DNA of 32,000 nt from Pyrodictium abyssi (GTDB taxonomy: Archaea; Thermoproteota; Thermoprotei_A; Sulfolobales; Pyrodictiaceae), in NCBI RefSeq assembly GCF_036323395.1, contig NZ_AP028907.1:1260001-1292000 (forward strand), in the 5' to 3' direction. Each line of letters begins with the position of its first letter. The stretch's first letter is position 1. Shown in pieces: positions 15,472 through 24,304 of the stretch. Under the pieces are notes generated by a model, which made no database searches, was not told where the DNA came from, and saw only the letters and a list, made by a program, of their open reading frames with translations. The translations under genes were made by a program, and so were the position numbers.

Positions 15472-16479
15472 CTACACCCGGGCCCGGGGCCCTGCTACCG
15501 GGCATAGAGGGTCGGGCGACGGTAGCTGGCCCCAGTGGAGCTGGGCCCGGGCGTAGCAGGCTCCACGGCAGCTGGCCGCTACAGGACAACCCATGCACTG
15601 TCTCGGCGTGGTGTTGATGACCCGGTTTAGTGGGTGCTTCTGTAGCTTCTCCCAGGCGCCCCGTAGGCCGTCCCGCTTCACGTCGGCGACCACGACTCCT
15701 AGCACGTCGCAGAACACTACCTTGCCGCTCGGGGTTATGTCTATGACGTTCCAGTCCCGGCAGTTGCTGCTGATTAGATGCCTTGCCCAGGGCAGGGCCC
15801 TGGTGAACGGGGCGCACCAAACTGCTACGGTTATGCCTAGCTGGCTGGCCGCTTCCTCGGCCTGCCGGAGCGCCTCTAGGAACTCGTGGCTAGAGACACT
15901 CGTCCCTGTCCCCGGGGCTCTCCCGGCCGGCATGGCTGGTATCATGGAGATGCTGGAGGCGCCTAGCTCTACTGCCGTCTTTATCGCCTCGGCAACGCGG
16001 CTGTAGTTGAGCCGGGAGACGGGAATGTTCACGTGGAAGCCTAACCCGTGGCGGCGGACGGCTTCGAGGCCCTTTAGGAACCGGGCCCAGGAGCCGGGGC
16101 CCTTGGCTTTCTCGTAGACGTCGCGGGGCCCGTCGAGGCTGGTGTACAGGAAGGTCTCTAGCCGGGCTAGCCTAGCAGCGGTATCCTCCGTCATGAGGGT
16201 CATGTTGGTGAAGATGCTCGTCTCTATGCCGTGGCTCCTGGCCGCCTCTATCAGCTCGAATATGTCCCGGCGGAGCAGGGGCTCGCCGCCGGTGAAGTTG
16301 ACGTGTTCTACTCCCAGCTCTGCTGCCTCGTCTATGATTCTGAGGCCCTCGCGTGTGGAGAGCGGCTTCTCAGCCTGGTAGCGTGCTGCGTAGCAGTATG
16401 GGCAGCGTAGGTTGCACGCCCCCGTGACTATCCATATGAGCCACTCCGGCCCCTCAGACGTCATAGCATCGCCCACCAT
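15472..16479 (-). CDS. Radical SAM / SPASM-domain protein (AhbD/NirJ/PqqE-like maturase class)
   Basis: GACNLRCPYCYA cluster motif plus GGEPLLR. C-terminal Cys-rich CMGCPVAASCRGACYARA...DPLCP, typical of SPASM/twitch auxiliary-cluster domains. Start taken at ATG 16479, preceded by AGGAGG 12 nt upstream (ATG 16464 is also possible). The ORF extension to 16683 is P/G/R-rich. Confidence 0.85.
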   Translation of the reverse strand: MVGDAMTSEGPEWLIWIVTGACNLRCPYCYAARYQAEKPLSTREGLRIIDEAAELGVEHVNFTGGEPLLRRDIFELIEAARSHGIETSIFTNMTLMTEDTAARLARLETFLYTSLDGPRDVYEKAKGPGSWARFLKGLEAVRRHGLGFHVNIPVSRLNYSRVAEAIKTAVELGASSISMIPAMPAGRAPGTGTSVSSHEFLEALRQAEEAASQLGITVAVWCAPFTRALPWARHLISSNCRDWNVIDITPSGKVVFCDVLGVVVADVKRDGLRGAWEKLQKHPLNRVINTTPRQCMGCPVAASCRGACYARAQLHWGQLPSPDPLCPVAGPRARV

Positions 16480-16691
16480 GTTGTGTGCGTGCCTCCTATG
16501 GGCCGCTGGAGCACCTCTCTGGGGCGGCCCGCTGCAGCGCCTAGGCCGCGGCCCGGCAGGCCCGCCGAGGACGGCAGGGACACACCGTGTCATTATAGTG
16601 CTCCTTGGCCCCTCGGGGCTGCCCCAGGGCAGTCCGTAGCGCGGGCTCCCCTCATAGGGCTTGCCCGGCGGGTCCGCGGCCATGGCTGGGG

Positions 16692-17972
16692 CTAGATGAC
16701 TAGCTTCTCGTCTTCTATCTGGCGGCTCCGGGTGCCGAGGATACTGGCGTTTATCTCCTCGCCGCCATAGAGCGTGGCCTTCTTCCTGCCGAGGGCGAGG
16801 GCTGCTGCTATCCTGCCCACCGCGTCTGCCTTCATTATCCCGCTGCCGCTTGTCCCCGCTGCGACGACTAGGCCGGGCTCGCTGAAGACCACTGGCTGCC
16901 CGTCTATCGACTCGTCGTAAAAGCCTGCCCAGGCCGCTGCTGGCCTGGCGCCCTCGAAGGCTGGCAGGTAGCTGCGTAGGACGGGGTAGACCCCGTAGGT
17001 GTAGAACGGCTCCTCGGGCTGGGGGTCAGGCTCCCAGCGGAATGGCCGGCCTAGGTGGTCGGAGGTGCCTACCCAGAACGCGTTGTCCTCGGGGGCCGGG
17101 CGGACGTAGACACCCTTGGGTAGGAGTATGAAGGGCGCTATGCCGTGCTTGTTGAATCCCTCCGCGTGTAGGAGCCTCTGGAGCCCCGGGCTGCTGGCAC
17201 GGACTACGAATACCTGCCTCTTCTTCGGCTTAGCGTGCACGTCTACGCCTATCGGGTCGAGGAGCGCTGGGGACTCGGCGCCAGCTGCCACTACTGTCAC
17301 ATCTGCACGTATCTCGCCCTGGCTCGTTAGAGCGCCAGCTACCCGGGCCCGCTGCCAGGGGAGGGGCTCGTAGGAGAGGCCTAGAGGCTCCTCGGGCTCC
17401 ACTATGAGCCTCTCGACCCTAGTGCCGTACATGGTTTTGACGCCCATCTCGGTTATCCTGGAGCTGTAGTACTCGACGAGCCTCTCTGGACGCATTATCC
17501 CAGCGTTCTCGGCGAGGACTCCGACCTCTACGTCGGGGAGCTCCATGAGTTCTGCCTCTTCGTCGCCGCGGAGGCGTGTCCGTAGCCCGAGGCCCTCCTC
17601 TAGCTCCTCAGGGCTGTAGACGCGGTAGCCTAGGCCGCGGCGCCGTAGCTCCTGGAGCACCGGCTCTACGGCCCGGTACTGGTCCCTGCTGAGCAGGAAG
17701 AGGTAGCCGATGAACCTCATTCCTAGGTCGAATCCCTCTTTCTCCTGTATGCTCCGGTAGAACGCTATACTTGTGGCAGCTAGCGCCATGTTCGTGCGCG
17801 AGTAGAAGAACGCGCGGAACGAGGCAGCGCTCCTCCCCGTGTCGCCGTGGCCGGGGCCGGGGTGCTTGTCCACCAAGGCTACGCTGCAGCTGGGGCACTG
17901 CTGCTTGACGTGGAAGGCTGTGGCAAGCCCTACTATCCCGGCTCCTATCACCAGCACGTCTACCCTGGCCAT
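16692..17972 (-). CDS. FAD-dependent oxidoreductase (DAO / glycine-sarcosine oxidase-like family)
   Basis: ATG 17972 opens MARVDVLVIGAGIVGLATAF, a GxGxxG dinucleotide-binding fold. Its ~426 aa is typical of the DAO family. Substrate is not inferable. Confidence 0.85.
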   Translation of the reverse strand: MARVDVLVIGAGIVGLATAFHVKQQCPSCSVALVDKHPGPGHGDTGRSAASFRAFFYSRTNMALAATSIAFYRSIQEKEGFDLGMRFIGYLFLLSRDQYRAVEPVLQELRRRGLGYRVYSPEELEEGLGLRTRLRGDEEAELMELPDVEVGVLAENAGIMRPERLVEYYSSRITEMGVKTMYGTRVERLIVEPEEPLGLSYEPLPWQRARVAGALTSQGEIRADVTVVAAGAESPALLDPIGVDVHAKPKKRQVFVVRASSPGLQRLLHAEGFNKHGIAPFILLPKGVYVRPAPEDNAFWVGTSDHLGRPFRWEPDPQPEEPFYTYGVYPVLRSYLPAFEGARPAAAWAGFYDESIDGQPVVFSEPGLVVAAGTSGSGIMKADAVGRIAAALALGRKKATLYGGEEINASILGTRSRQIEDEKLVI

Positions 17973-18090
17973 GGCTTTGCCTCCCGTAGCCGCGGGGTGC
18001 AGTGTCCGGAGAGACTCCGGGTACCGTGGGCCCATCAGGCTCGGGGGGCGACGCTACTACGCGTGGTCTAGCCGTGGGCCAGCTATAAAT

Positions 18091-18771
18091 ATGGAATATG
18101 GCGTGTTAGCCAGCACTGGGCGTGGCAGAGCCTTGACGCCATACCCGTCTAGCGATGGGCTTCTTGAGGCGCTGAGGAGCACCGTCGAGCTCCGGTTCCA
18201 TGGCCGTGGAGGCCAGGGTGCTGTCACCGCTGCTACCCTCCTAGTCCGCGCGGCACTACTAGAGGGCAAGTGGGGCCAAGCTATCCCCAGCTTCGGCGCC
18301 GAGAGGCGTGGCGCTCACGTGCTCGCCTTCGCCCGTGTGGCTGAGAAGCCCGTGCCCCTCCACAGCATGGTAAGGAGGCCCGACGTCGTGGTGGTCCTGG
18401 ACCCGTCGCTTATACGCGTTGAGAAGAGGAAGGTGCTCCACGGCGTCAAGCCTGGCGCAAAGATAGTGGCTAACATCCCGGAGCCCGTGGACCTCGAGGG
18501 CTCGGACGCCCGGCTCTACTGGGTTAACGCCACGCGTATCGCGCAGGATCTCGGCCTCGTCGTGGCGGGCTGGCCGGTGGTCAACACCGCGATGCTTGGC
18601 GCGCTAGCCCGGGCCACCGGCCTAGTCTCGATAGACTCGGTGGTGGAGGCCATCATGGAGTACTGGAGCGGCAGGCCCCGGGTCGCAGAGCTGAATGCTG
18701 AGGCTGCGCGCCGCGCCTACGCCGAGACCCGGGAGGCCATAGCCAGGCCGGCTGAGGTGGCCCAGCCGTGA
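18091..18771 (+). CDS. porG: Pyruvate/2-ketoisovalerate:ferredoxin oxidoreductase, gamma subunit
   Basis: RFHGRGGQGAVTAATLL...PSFGAERRGA is the gamma-subunit signature. The start is uncertain. ATG 18091 abuts a TATA-like CTATAAAT (18083-18090), so in-frame TTG 18133 may be the real start. The listed ORF from 17839 is antisense to the FAD gene. Confidence 0.85.
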   Translation: MEYGVLASTGRGRALTPYPSSDGLLEALRSTVELRFHGRGGQGAVTAATLLVRAALLEGKWGQAIPSFGAERRGAHVLAFARVAEKPVPLHSMVRRPDVVVVLDPSLIRVEKRKVLHGVKPGAKIVANIPEPVDLEGSDARLYWVNATRIAQDLGLVVAGWPVVNTAMLGALARATGLVSIDSVVEAIMEYWSGRPRVAELNAEAARRAYAETREAIARPAEVAQP

Positions 18772-19106
18772 CCGGGCAGGGCAGACCGGGGCTCGTAGCT
18801 GTAGCCGACCCTGCTGGGCACGTGCTGCCGTTGTCGCTCGCCGACAAGGGCTCTGCTGGGCGCACAGGGTTCTGGCGTACCCAGCGGCCGGTGCTCAACC
18901 CGGACAAGTGTACTGGCTGCTTCATGTGCTGGCTGTACTGCCCAGAGGACGTCATAGACATGAAGGAGGGAGCGGGGCCGCGGGGCCAGGCGATACCGGT
19001 GATCGACTATGAGTACTGTAAGGGCTGCGGCGTCTGCGCGGTAGCGTGCCCCACCAGGGCCCTCGAAATGGTTGACGAGGAGAAGTTCATGCACGAGGAG
19101 GGGTGA
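18768..19106 (+). CDS. porD: 2-oxoacid:ferredoxin oxidoreductase, delta subunit (2x[4Fe-4S] ferredoxin-like)
   Basis: Two cluster motifs, CTGCFMCWLYCP and CKGCGVCAVACP. The GTG start overlaps the gamma stop (GTGA at 18768-18771). Confidence 0.9.
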   Translation: MTGQGRPGLVAVADPAGHVLPLSLADKGSAGRTGFWRTQRPVLNPDKCTGCFMCWLYCPEDVIDMKEGAGPRGQAIPVIDYEYCKGCGVCAVACPTRALEMVDEEKFMHEEG

Positions 19107-19113
19107 ACCGGGA

Positions 19114-20349
19114 GTGCCCGTGCTCACCAGTATGAGGGGCAACGACGCGATAGCTTATGCTGTTAAGCTAGCCCGTGTAGAGGTAGTAGCAGCGTACCCG
19201 ATAACGCCCCAGACCATCGTGGTCGAAAAGATCGACGAGCTCATCGCCCGCGGCGAGATGGACGCAGACATGATACACGTGGAGAGCGAGCACAGCGCAC
19301 TAGCAGCAGCCTACGGCGCTGCCGCTGGCGGGGCGCGCGCCTTCACAGCTACTAGTAGCCACGGGCTCGCCTACATGTACGAGATGCTCTGGTGGACAGC
19401 AGCCAGCAGGATACCACTAGTCATGGCTATAATCACGAGGGCCCTGGGCCCACCATGGAACATCCACGTAGAGCACGCAGACATAATGAGCACCCGCGAC
19501 ACGGGATGGCTAATAGCCATGGCCGAGAACAACCAGGAAGCACTAGACCTAGCACTGATGATGTTCCGTGTGACCGAGGACCCACGGGTCTATCTACCCG
19601 GTATAGTCGGGCTCGACGGCTTCATCCTCAGCCACACAGTGGAGCCCCTCGAGCTGCCCGACCAGGAGACCGTGGACGAGTTCCTGCCCCCACGGCGCCA
19701 GCCCTATGTCATGGAGCCGGGCGAGCCGAAGGCTATGGGCAACCTGGTGCCCGACGAGTACTTCGAGGAGCTACGGATGGACATGCACCAGAGCCTATCG
19801 AGGGCACGGCAGGTCATCATGGAGGCTGGCCGGGACTATGGGAAGCTCACTGGGAGGAGCTACGAGAGCCTCGTGGAGTGCTACCGGTGCAGCGACGCTG
19901 ACGTAGTGATAGCCGGTATTGGGTCCTGGATGGGCGACGCGAAGATCGCGGCCGACGTGCTCCGCGAGAAGGGGATACGGGCCGGGGTCCTACGCCTACG
20001 GTGGGTGAGGCCGTTCCCCTGGGAGGAGGTAAGGGAGTCCGCCATCGGCAAGAAGCTTGTCGTGGTGCTAGACCGTAGCGTCTCCTTCGGCCACGCTGGC
20101 CCGCTGTTCCTGGAGATAAGCAGCGCCCTTGAGGCAAGGCCCAGTATGGTGGGCGTCCTAGCGGGCGTGGGCGGCGTTGACATATCCTACGAGGACATAG
20201 CAAGGATAGTGGAGCACGTCTACAGCATGGCCGAGGAGAGGGGCCGAGTCTACATACCGGCCTACTGGTATCACCTCGGCAAGTTCCACCCAATGCCCCC
20301 TTACGAGCCCGCGTTTCTGGTCCCCCAGGAGCTGCCCAAGGGTGAGTAA
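19114..20349 (+). CDS. porA: 2-oxoacid:ferredoxin oxidoreductase, alpha subunit
   Basis: MRGNDAIAYAVKLARVEVVAAYPITPQT is the typical alpha N-terminus. Start is either GTG 19114 (just after the delta stop) or ATG 19132. The ORF opening at 19072 overlaps porD. Confidence 0.9.
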   Translation: MPVLTSMRGNDAIAYAVKLARVEVVAAYPITPQTIVVEKIDELIARGEMDADMIHVESEHSALAAAYGAAAGGARAFTATSSHGLAYMYEMLWWTAASRIPLVMAIITRALGPPWNIHVEHADIMSTRDTGWLIAMAENNQEALDLALMMFRVTEDPRVYLPGIVGLDGFILSHTVEPLELPDQETVDEFLPPRRQPYVMEPGEPKAMGNLVPDEYFEELRMDMHQSLSRARQVIMEAGRDYGKLTGRSYESLVECYRCSDADVVIAGIGSWMGDAKIAADVLREKGIRAGVLRLRWVRPFPWEEVRESAIGKKLVVVLDRSVSFGHAGPLFLEISSALEARPSMVGVLAGVGGVDISYEDIARIVEHVYSMAEERGRVYIPAYWYHLGKFHPMPPYEPAFLVPQELPKGE

Positions 20350-20352
20350 GCC

Positions 20353-21276
20353 GTGGCCGTGAACATACGCAAGCTCCCGCGCAAGAAGTACGTTATGCCG
20401 GGCAACGCGGCCTGCCCCGGCTGCCCGGAGACCATGGGGTTCCGCTACCTGGGCATGGCGCTCGGCGAGAAGGCCGTGGTAGTAATACCCGCCGGCTGTA
20501 GCTCCGTGATACAGGGGCTGTGGCCCCGCCAGGGCTGGGGGCTCCCAGTACTCAACATAGTGTTCGCTGCTGGCGCCGCCGCTGCTAGCGGGCTAGCCCG
20601 CGCACTGCGCCGCCGCGGCGTAGACGCCCAGGTCGTGGTCTGGGCTGGCGACGGCGGCACAGCCGACATAGGCCTCCAGGCTCTCAGCGCCGCCGCTGAG
20701 CGCGGCGAGGACATCATATACATCTGCGTTGACAACGAGGCCTACATGAACACTGGTATCCAGAGGAGCGGCCTCACCCCCTACGGGGCCTGGACCACGA
20801 CAACCCACCGGGGCAAGAGCGAGTTCAAGAAACCGCTCCCACAGATAGTCGCAGCTCATCGCGTCCCGTACGTAGCGACCGCGAGCGTCGGTTACCCCTG
20901 GGACTTCATAGCCAAGCTCCGCAAGGCCGCGAGCATCCGGGGCTTCAAGTACATACACCTCCACGCGCCCTGCCCAGTGGGCTGGAGGTTCGACCCAGGC
21001 CTAACAGCGAAGATAGCACAGCTCGCCGTAGAGACCGGGATGTGGATACTATACGAGTACGAGAACGGGCGGCTGCGGCTGAACCCGCCGAGCAATAGGC
21101 TAGTAGACCCCTCCAAGAGGAAGCCCATAGAGGAGTACATCAAGCTACAGGGCAGGTTCCGCCACCTGAAGCCAGAGGACATCGAGAAGCTGCGCCAGGA
21201 GGTTGAGATGAACTGGCGCGAGATAACGGCTATGCTGAAGCTACAGGAGGAGCTCGAAAGGCAGGAGAAGGCCTAG
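20353..21276 (+). CDS. porB: 2-oxoacid:ferredoxin oxidoreductase, beta subunit (TPP-binding)
   Basis: PGNAACPGCPE at the N-terminus and the TPP motif GDGGTADIGLQALSAAAERGEDIIYICVDNEAYMNTG. The substrate (pyruvate vs ketoisovalerate) cannot be decided from sequence by eye. Confidence 0.92.
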   Translation: MAVNIRKLPRKKYVMPGNAACPGCPETMGFRYLGMALGEKAVVVIPAGCSSVIQGLWPRQGWGLPVLNIVFAAGAAAASGLARALRRRGVDAQVVVWAGDGGTADIGLQALSAAAERGEDIIYICVDNEAYMNTGIQRSGLTPYGAWTTTTHRGKSEFKKPLPQIVAAHRVPYVATASVGYPWDFIAKLRKAASIRGFKYIHLHAPCPVGWRFDPGLTAKIAQLAVETGMWILYEYENGRLRLNPPSNRLVDPSKRKPIEEYIKLQGRFRHLKPEDIEKLRQEVEMNWREITAMLKLQEELERQEKA

Positions 21277-21333
21277 ACCCCTGCTCTTTTAGCTCAGCAG
21301 CCAGGGGGCTCCATCCCCCCGGGGGCCGGCGCT

Positions 21334-22077
21334 CTACTCGTGGCCCCACTTTATCGCCCTCGACGCTAGCGCGAGGGCCGCTACGTTCCACGCGGCAAGG
21401 ACCAGGGCTGGCAGCTGCGGCTGGTAGACGGCGTAGTAGCCTGCGAGCCCCCGTGCCAGCTCTGCCGCTGCTGCTGTAGGCGCTAAGAGTGCTACTGGCT
21501 GGAGCGGTGCTGGTAGCGCCGCGAGAGGGTAGAATACTGGCGGCAGCATTATGAGGATCATTGATATCGGGTTTGTTATAGCCGATATGTTGGTGTGCTT
21601 CCGTATCCTCATTGCTAGGGCTAGGCCTAGGAACACCGAGCACGGTAGCAGGAGGAGCCCCGCGGCCACGGCTGCTGGTATGAGGCCTAGCGCGTCTAGG
21701 GCGGCTGCTATCAGCGAGAGGACCGCTATGCTTATCGGCATGTGTACCGCGAAGTGGCTGGCCAGGAGGCCGAGCAGGTAGACACGGGGCGTCACAGGGG
21801 ACGCTATGTACATCTGGAGTTTGCCGTAGACGCGCGCCCACGCTATGTCCTGCCCTACGAGGTTTATGCCAGTGGACCAGGAGCCCGCGACTATCCATGC
21901 TATTATTATGCTCTTTACAGCCTCGGCGCCTCCCCAGGCCCAGAGTATGAGCGCGAATGATAACGCCATGAACGCGTCCTGTATCAGCCAGCCAGGCTGC
22001 CTTATCACCCACCTGCTTTCGAGCACCGCTATGCCCAACACGCTCCTAAGCGCTCCAAGCCAGCCGTGCGTGCCCAC
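21334..22077 (-). CDS. ABC-2 type transporter permease
   Basis: 247 aa with about 6 hydrophobic helices. The GTG start overlaps the stop of the upstream ABC ATPase by 1 nt (TAGTG). This is the typical ATPase-permease pair of ABC-2 exporters. Confidence 0.8.
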   Translation of the reverse strand: MGTHGWLGALRSVLGIAVLESRWVIRQPGWLIQDAFMALSFALILWAWGGAEAVKSIIIAWIVAGSWSTGINLVGQDIAWARVYGKLQMYIASPVTPRVYLLGLLASHFAVHMPISIAVLSLIAAALDALGLIPAAVAAGLLLLPCSVFLGLALAMRIRKHTNISAITNPISMILIMLPPVFYPLAALPAPLQPVALLAPTAAAAELARGLAGYYAVYQPQLPALVLAAWNVAALALASRAIKWGHE

Positions 22078-23023
22078 TAGCCCTCCACCTCCTCCCTCTG
22101 CGCCTCGTGCACGTAGTAGAGGTAGACATCCTCGAACCCCACGGGCTCCACGGTAGCCGACTCCGCCTCGGCATCTTCTGCTACTGCGTGGGCCTCACTG
22201 CGGGACCGGGTATACGCTATCACCGTGTCACCTAGGCGTATGGTCTTGGCGGCTACTGGGCTGCGGCGGGGCCGGCGGAGTACGACCCGGTAGCGGTAGG
22301 GTAGCGCCTCCCGGAGCCTCTCAGGGCTCCCCTCTGCCACCACCCTGCCTCTCGATATGAAGACGGCGTGATCTGCCAGCATCTCCGCCTCTCTCATGTC
22401 GTGGGTGGTGAACACTATGCAACGGCCCTCGGCTGCTGCGCTCCGGACGGCGTCCCATACGCTGTAGCGGCTCTCCACGTCTAGCCCCGTGGTGGGCTCG
22501 TCGAGGAAGACCACCTCGGCCTCCGTAGCCAGGGCCATGGCGGTCACTGTCTTCCTCTTCTGGCCGCCGCTGAGTCCCCAGCCACTACGGCTGCGTATCT
22601 CCCAGAGCCCTAGCTGCTCGAGCAGCTCGCTGCCGCCCGGGGGCTCCAGCCCCGGGCTACGAGGTACCACTTCACGGCCTCCAACGGCGTCCAGTTGAGG
22701 TCTATACGGGCCTCCTGCGGCACCAGGGCCACGCGGCGCCGGACCTCCCGGGCCTCCATGACCACGTCGAACCCGGCCACTAGTGCGCGGCCGCGGCTCG
22801 GCATGAGCACTGTGGAGAGCATGCCTATGGTAGTGGTCTTCCCGGCTCCGTTTGGCCCGAGGAGCACCGTTACCCTGCCCCAGGGCGAGGAGAAGCTCAC
22901 GTCCACAGCGCCCCAGACGCCCCCTGGGTACCTCTTAGCTAGGCCCTCCGCCACCACCGCGTCGCCGCCCGGCACGGCCCCGGCACCCGGCCCCGTGGGG
23001 GAGTACCCCCTCAGTCCTTCCAT
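22077..23023 (-). pseudogene. ABC transporter ATP-binding protein, split by a frameshift in a G/C homopolymer
   Basis: ORF 22610..23074 has Walker A (GPNGAGKTT) and the Q-loop (LVPQE). ORF 22077..22670 has the signature (LSGGQKRK), Walker B (VVFLDEPTTGLD) and the H-loop (TTHDM). One extra base in the C4 run at 22650-22653 (or the G5 run at 22639-22643) fuses them: ...WYLVARGLEPPGGSELLEQLGL... The start is ambiguous (GTG 23074, ATG 23023 or a downstream GTG). Confidence 0.9.
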
Positions 23024-23185
23024 ATAAGCTGGGTGTGGATAACGCTCGGCACGAGAATGTGGAGCAGGCTCCACACATCACCGTGGACTCGCCCTACACG
23101 GCTGCTGCATGGTCTCTCAGCGGGCTCATAGCCGTCATTAAGCCCTATTACCCGGTATAGGGGCTCTATGCACTAGGGCGCCTAG

Positions 23186-23428
23186 ATGCCTAGACGTACA
23201 ACAGTTATCCTTGAGGACGATGTCTACGAGAAGCTTGTAGAAGAGAGCGTAAAGAGGTACGGGACAGCAAGAGCCATATCTAGGGTGCTCAACGAGCTAC
23301 TGCGTGAAGCCTTCAGAGCTAGAAAAGAGCTCCTCGAGCTAATCTACTCGGAGAAGCTGGTCTACATAGACGAGGAAGAGTTCGAGGAGACACGAAGAGA
23401 GCTTAGCGAGAGGCTGGCAACGAGATGA
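23186..23428 (+). CDS. vapB: Ribbon-helix-helix (CopG-like) antitoxin (VapB-type)
   Basis: 80 aa. The N-terminal beta-strand-like RRTTVILEDDVYEKLVEES followed by helices fits an RHH fold. The stop overlaps the PIN gene start (ATGA at 23425-23428). Confidence 0.65.
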   Translation: MPRRTTVILEDDVYEKLVEESVKRYGTARAISRVLNELLREAFRARKELLELIYSEKLVYIDEEEFEETRRELSERLATR

Positions 23429-23853
23429 TAATCGACACTACCTATATTCTTCCGCTAGCCGGTATAGGCGTTAAGGCTGATCTCCTCCGGGCTGCTGCCG
23501 AGGGATCAGCGCGAGTGAGCCTCGATGAGCTAAAGCTCAGCATGATATCGCTGTTCGAGCTACAGGCTAAGGCAGCCAAGCTCGGGATACCGCCGGAGAG
23601 GGTCACGCGGGCAGTACGGGTCATACTGAGGAGCTTCGAGGTCGTACCCTTCTACCGCGGAGACGTCATAGAGCATGCTCACATCCTCAGAAGCTTGCTA
23701 AGAGACTACATAGACTGTGTGGTGGTCGCGACCGCGGCGGCGCTCGGCGAAGACCTGGTAACAGAGGATAGGGATATACATGCCGCGAAGAAGGATATCG
23801 AGAGCCGTTACGGCATAGACGTGCTCAGCTACCGGGACCTCGTGCCTGGCTAG
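23425..23853 (+). CDS. vapC: PIN-domain ribonuclease toxin VapC (intact)
   Basis: 142 aa. MIIDTTYILPL (N-terminal Asp), SLFELQAK (Glu), DCVVVATAAALG and LVTEDRDI (C-terminal Asp residues). Confidence 0.8.
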   Translation: MIIDTTYILPLAGIGVKADLLRAAAEGSARVSLDELKLSMISLFELQAKAAKLGIPPERVTRAVRVILRSFEVVPFYRGDVIEHAHILRSLLRDYIDCVVVATAAALGEDLVTEDRDIHAAKKDIESRYGIDVLSYRDLVPG

Positions 23854-23977
23854 GCCCTACCGGAAGGGGGCAGCATTGCTCAACCCTTATCGGCCCCGGT
23901 GCGCACACCCTCAGTGTCCAGGGGCTGCTGCCAGTACGCCCAGGGACGACGGGGGCTGGTGAACCATGGAGGGCGGG

Positions 23978-24304
23978 ATGGTCCGCGCGTATCTCCGCAT
24001 CTATGGGCTTGTCCAGGGTGTGTTCTTCCGGGCTACTATGAGGGACGTGGCGCGCCGGCTCGGGGTTACGGGCTGGGTGCGTAACATGCCGGACGGCAGC
24101 GTTGAGGCCGTAGTGGAGGGGCCTCGGGAGGCTGTGGAGGAGGTGATACGCTGGGCTCACCGCGGGCCGCCGGCTGCCCGTGTGGAGCGTGTCGAGGTCG
24201 TGTGGGAGCCCTATAGGGGCGAGTACAGGGACTTCACTATACGCTATGACCTGGAGCCCTACACGCCAAGGCCCATAAAGCAGGGCGGAGAGGGCCAGGG
24301 CTAG
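23978..24304 (+). CDS. acyP: Acylphosphatase
   Basis: [40 protein letters not shown] is the acylphosphatase signature (V-x-G-x-V-Q-G-V-x-F-R ... G-W-V-x-N). Start is ATG 23978 or 23966. Confidence 0.9.
   Translation: MVRAYLRIYGLVQGVFFRATMRDVARRLGVTGWVRNMPDGSVEAVVEGPREAVEEVIRWAHRGPPAARVERVEVVWEPYRGEYRDFTIRYDLEPYTPRPIKQGGEGQG

Noticed and set aside
15472-16479. Radical SAM gene as a prokaryotic viperin-type defence enzyme
   Set aside because: It has a SPASM-type Cys-rich C-terminal domain, which viperins lack. Its neighbours are redox enzymes rather than defence genes.
16480-16691. Possible RiPP precursor peptide or N-terminal extension upstream of the SPASM radical SAM
   Set aside because: I translated all three minus-strand frames. 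Only a P/G/R-rich in-frame extension is present, with no small ORF with leader/core features. AGGAGG precedes ATG 16479. I treat it as a 5' UTR or promoter.
17839-18090. Upstream 84 codons of ORF 17839..18771 (porG frame)
   Set aside because: This is antisense to the well-supported FAD oxidoreductase N-terminus. The recognisable gamma subunit starts after 18091.
21230-22012. 260-aa ORF overlapping the ABC-2 permease
   Set aside because: It is an out-of-frame shadow of a clearly hydrophobic permease ORF. The translation is R/P/G/S-rich and non-membrane-like.
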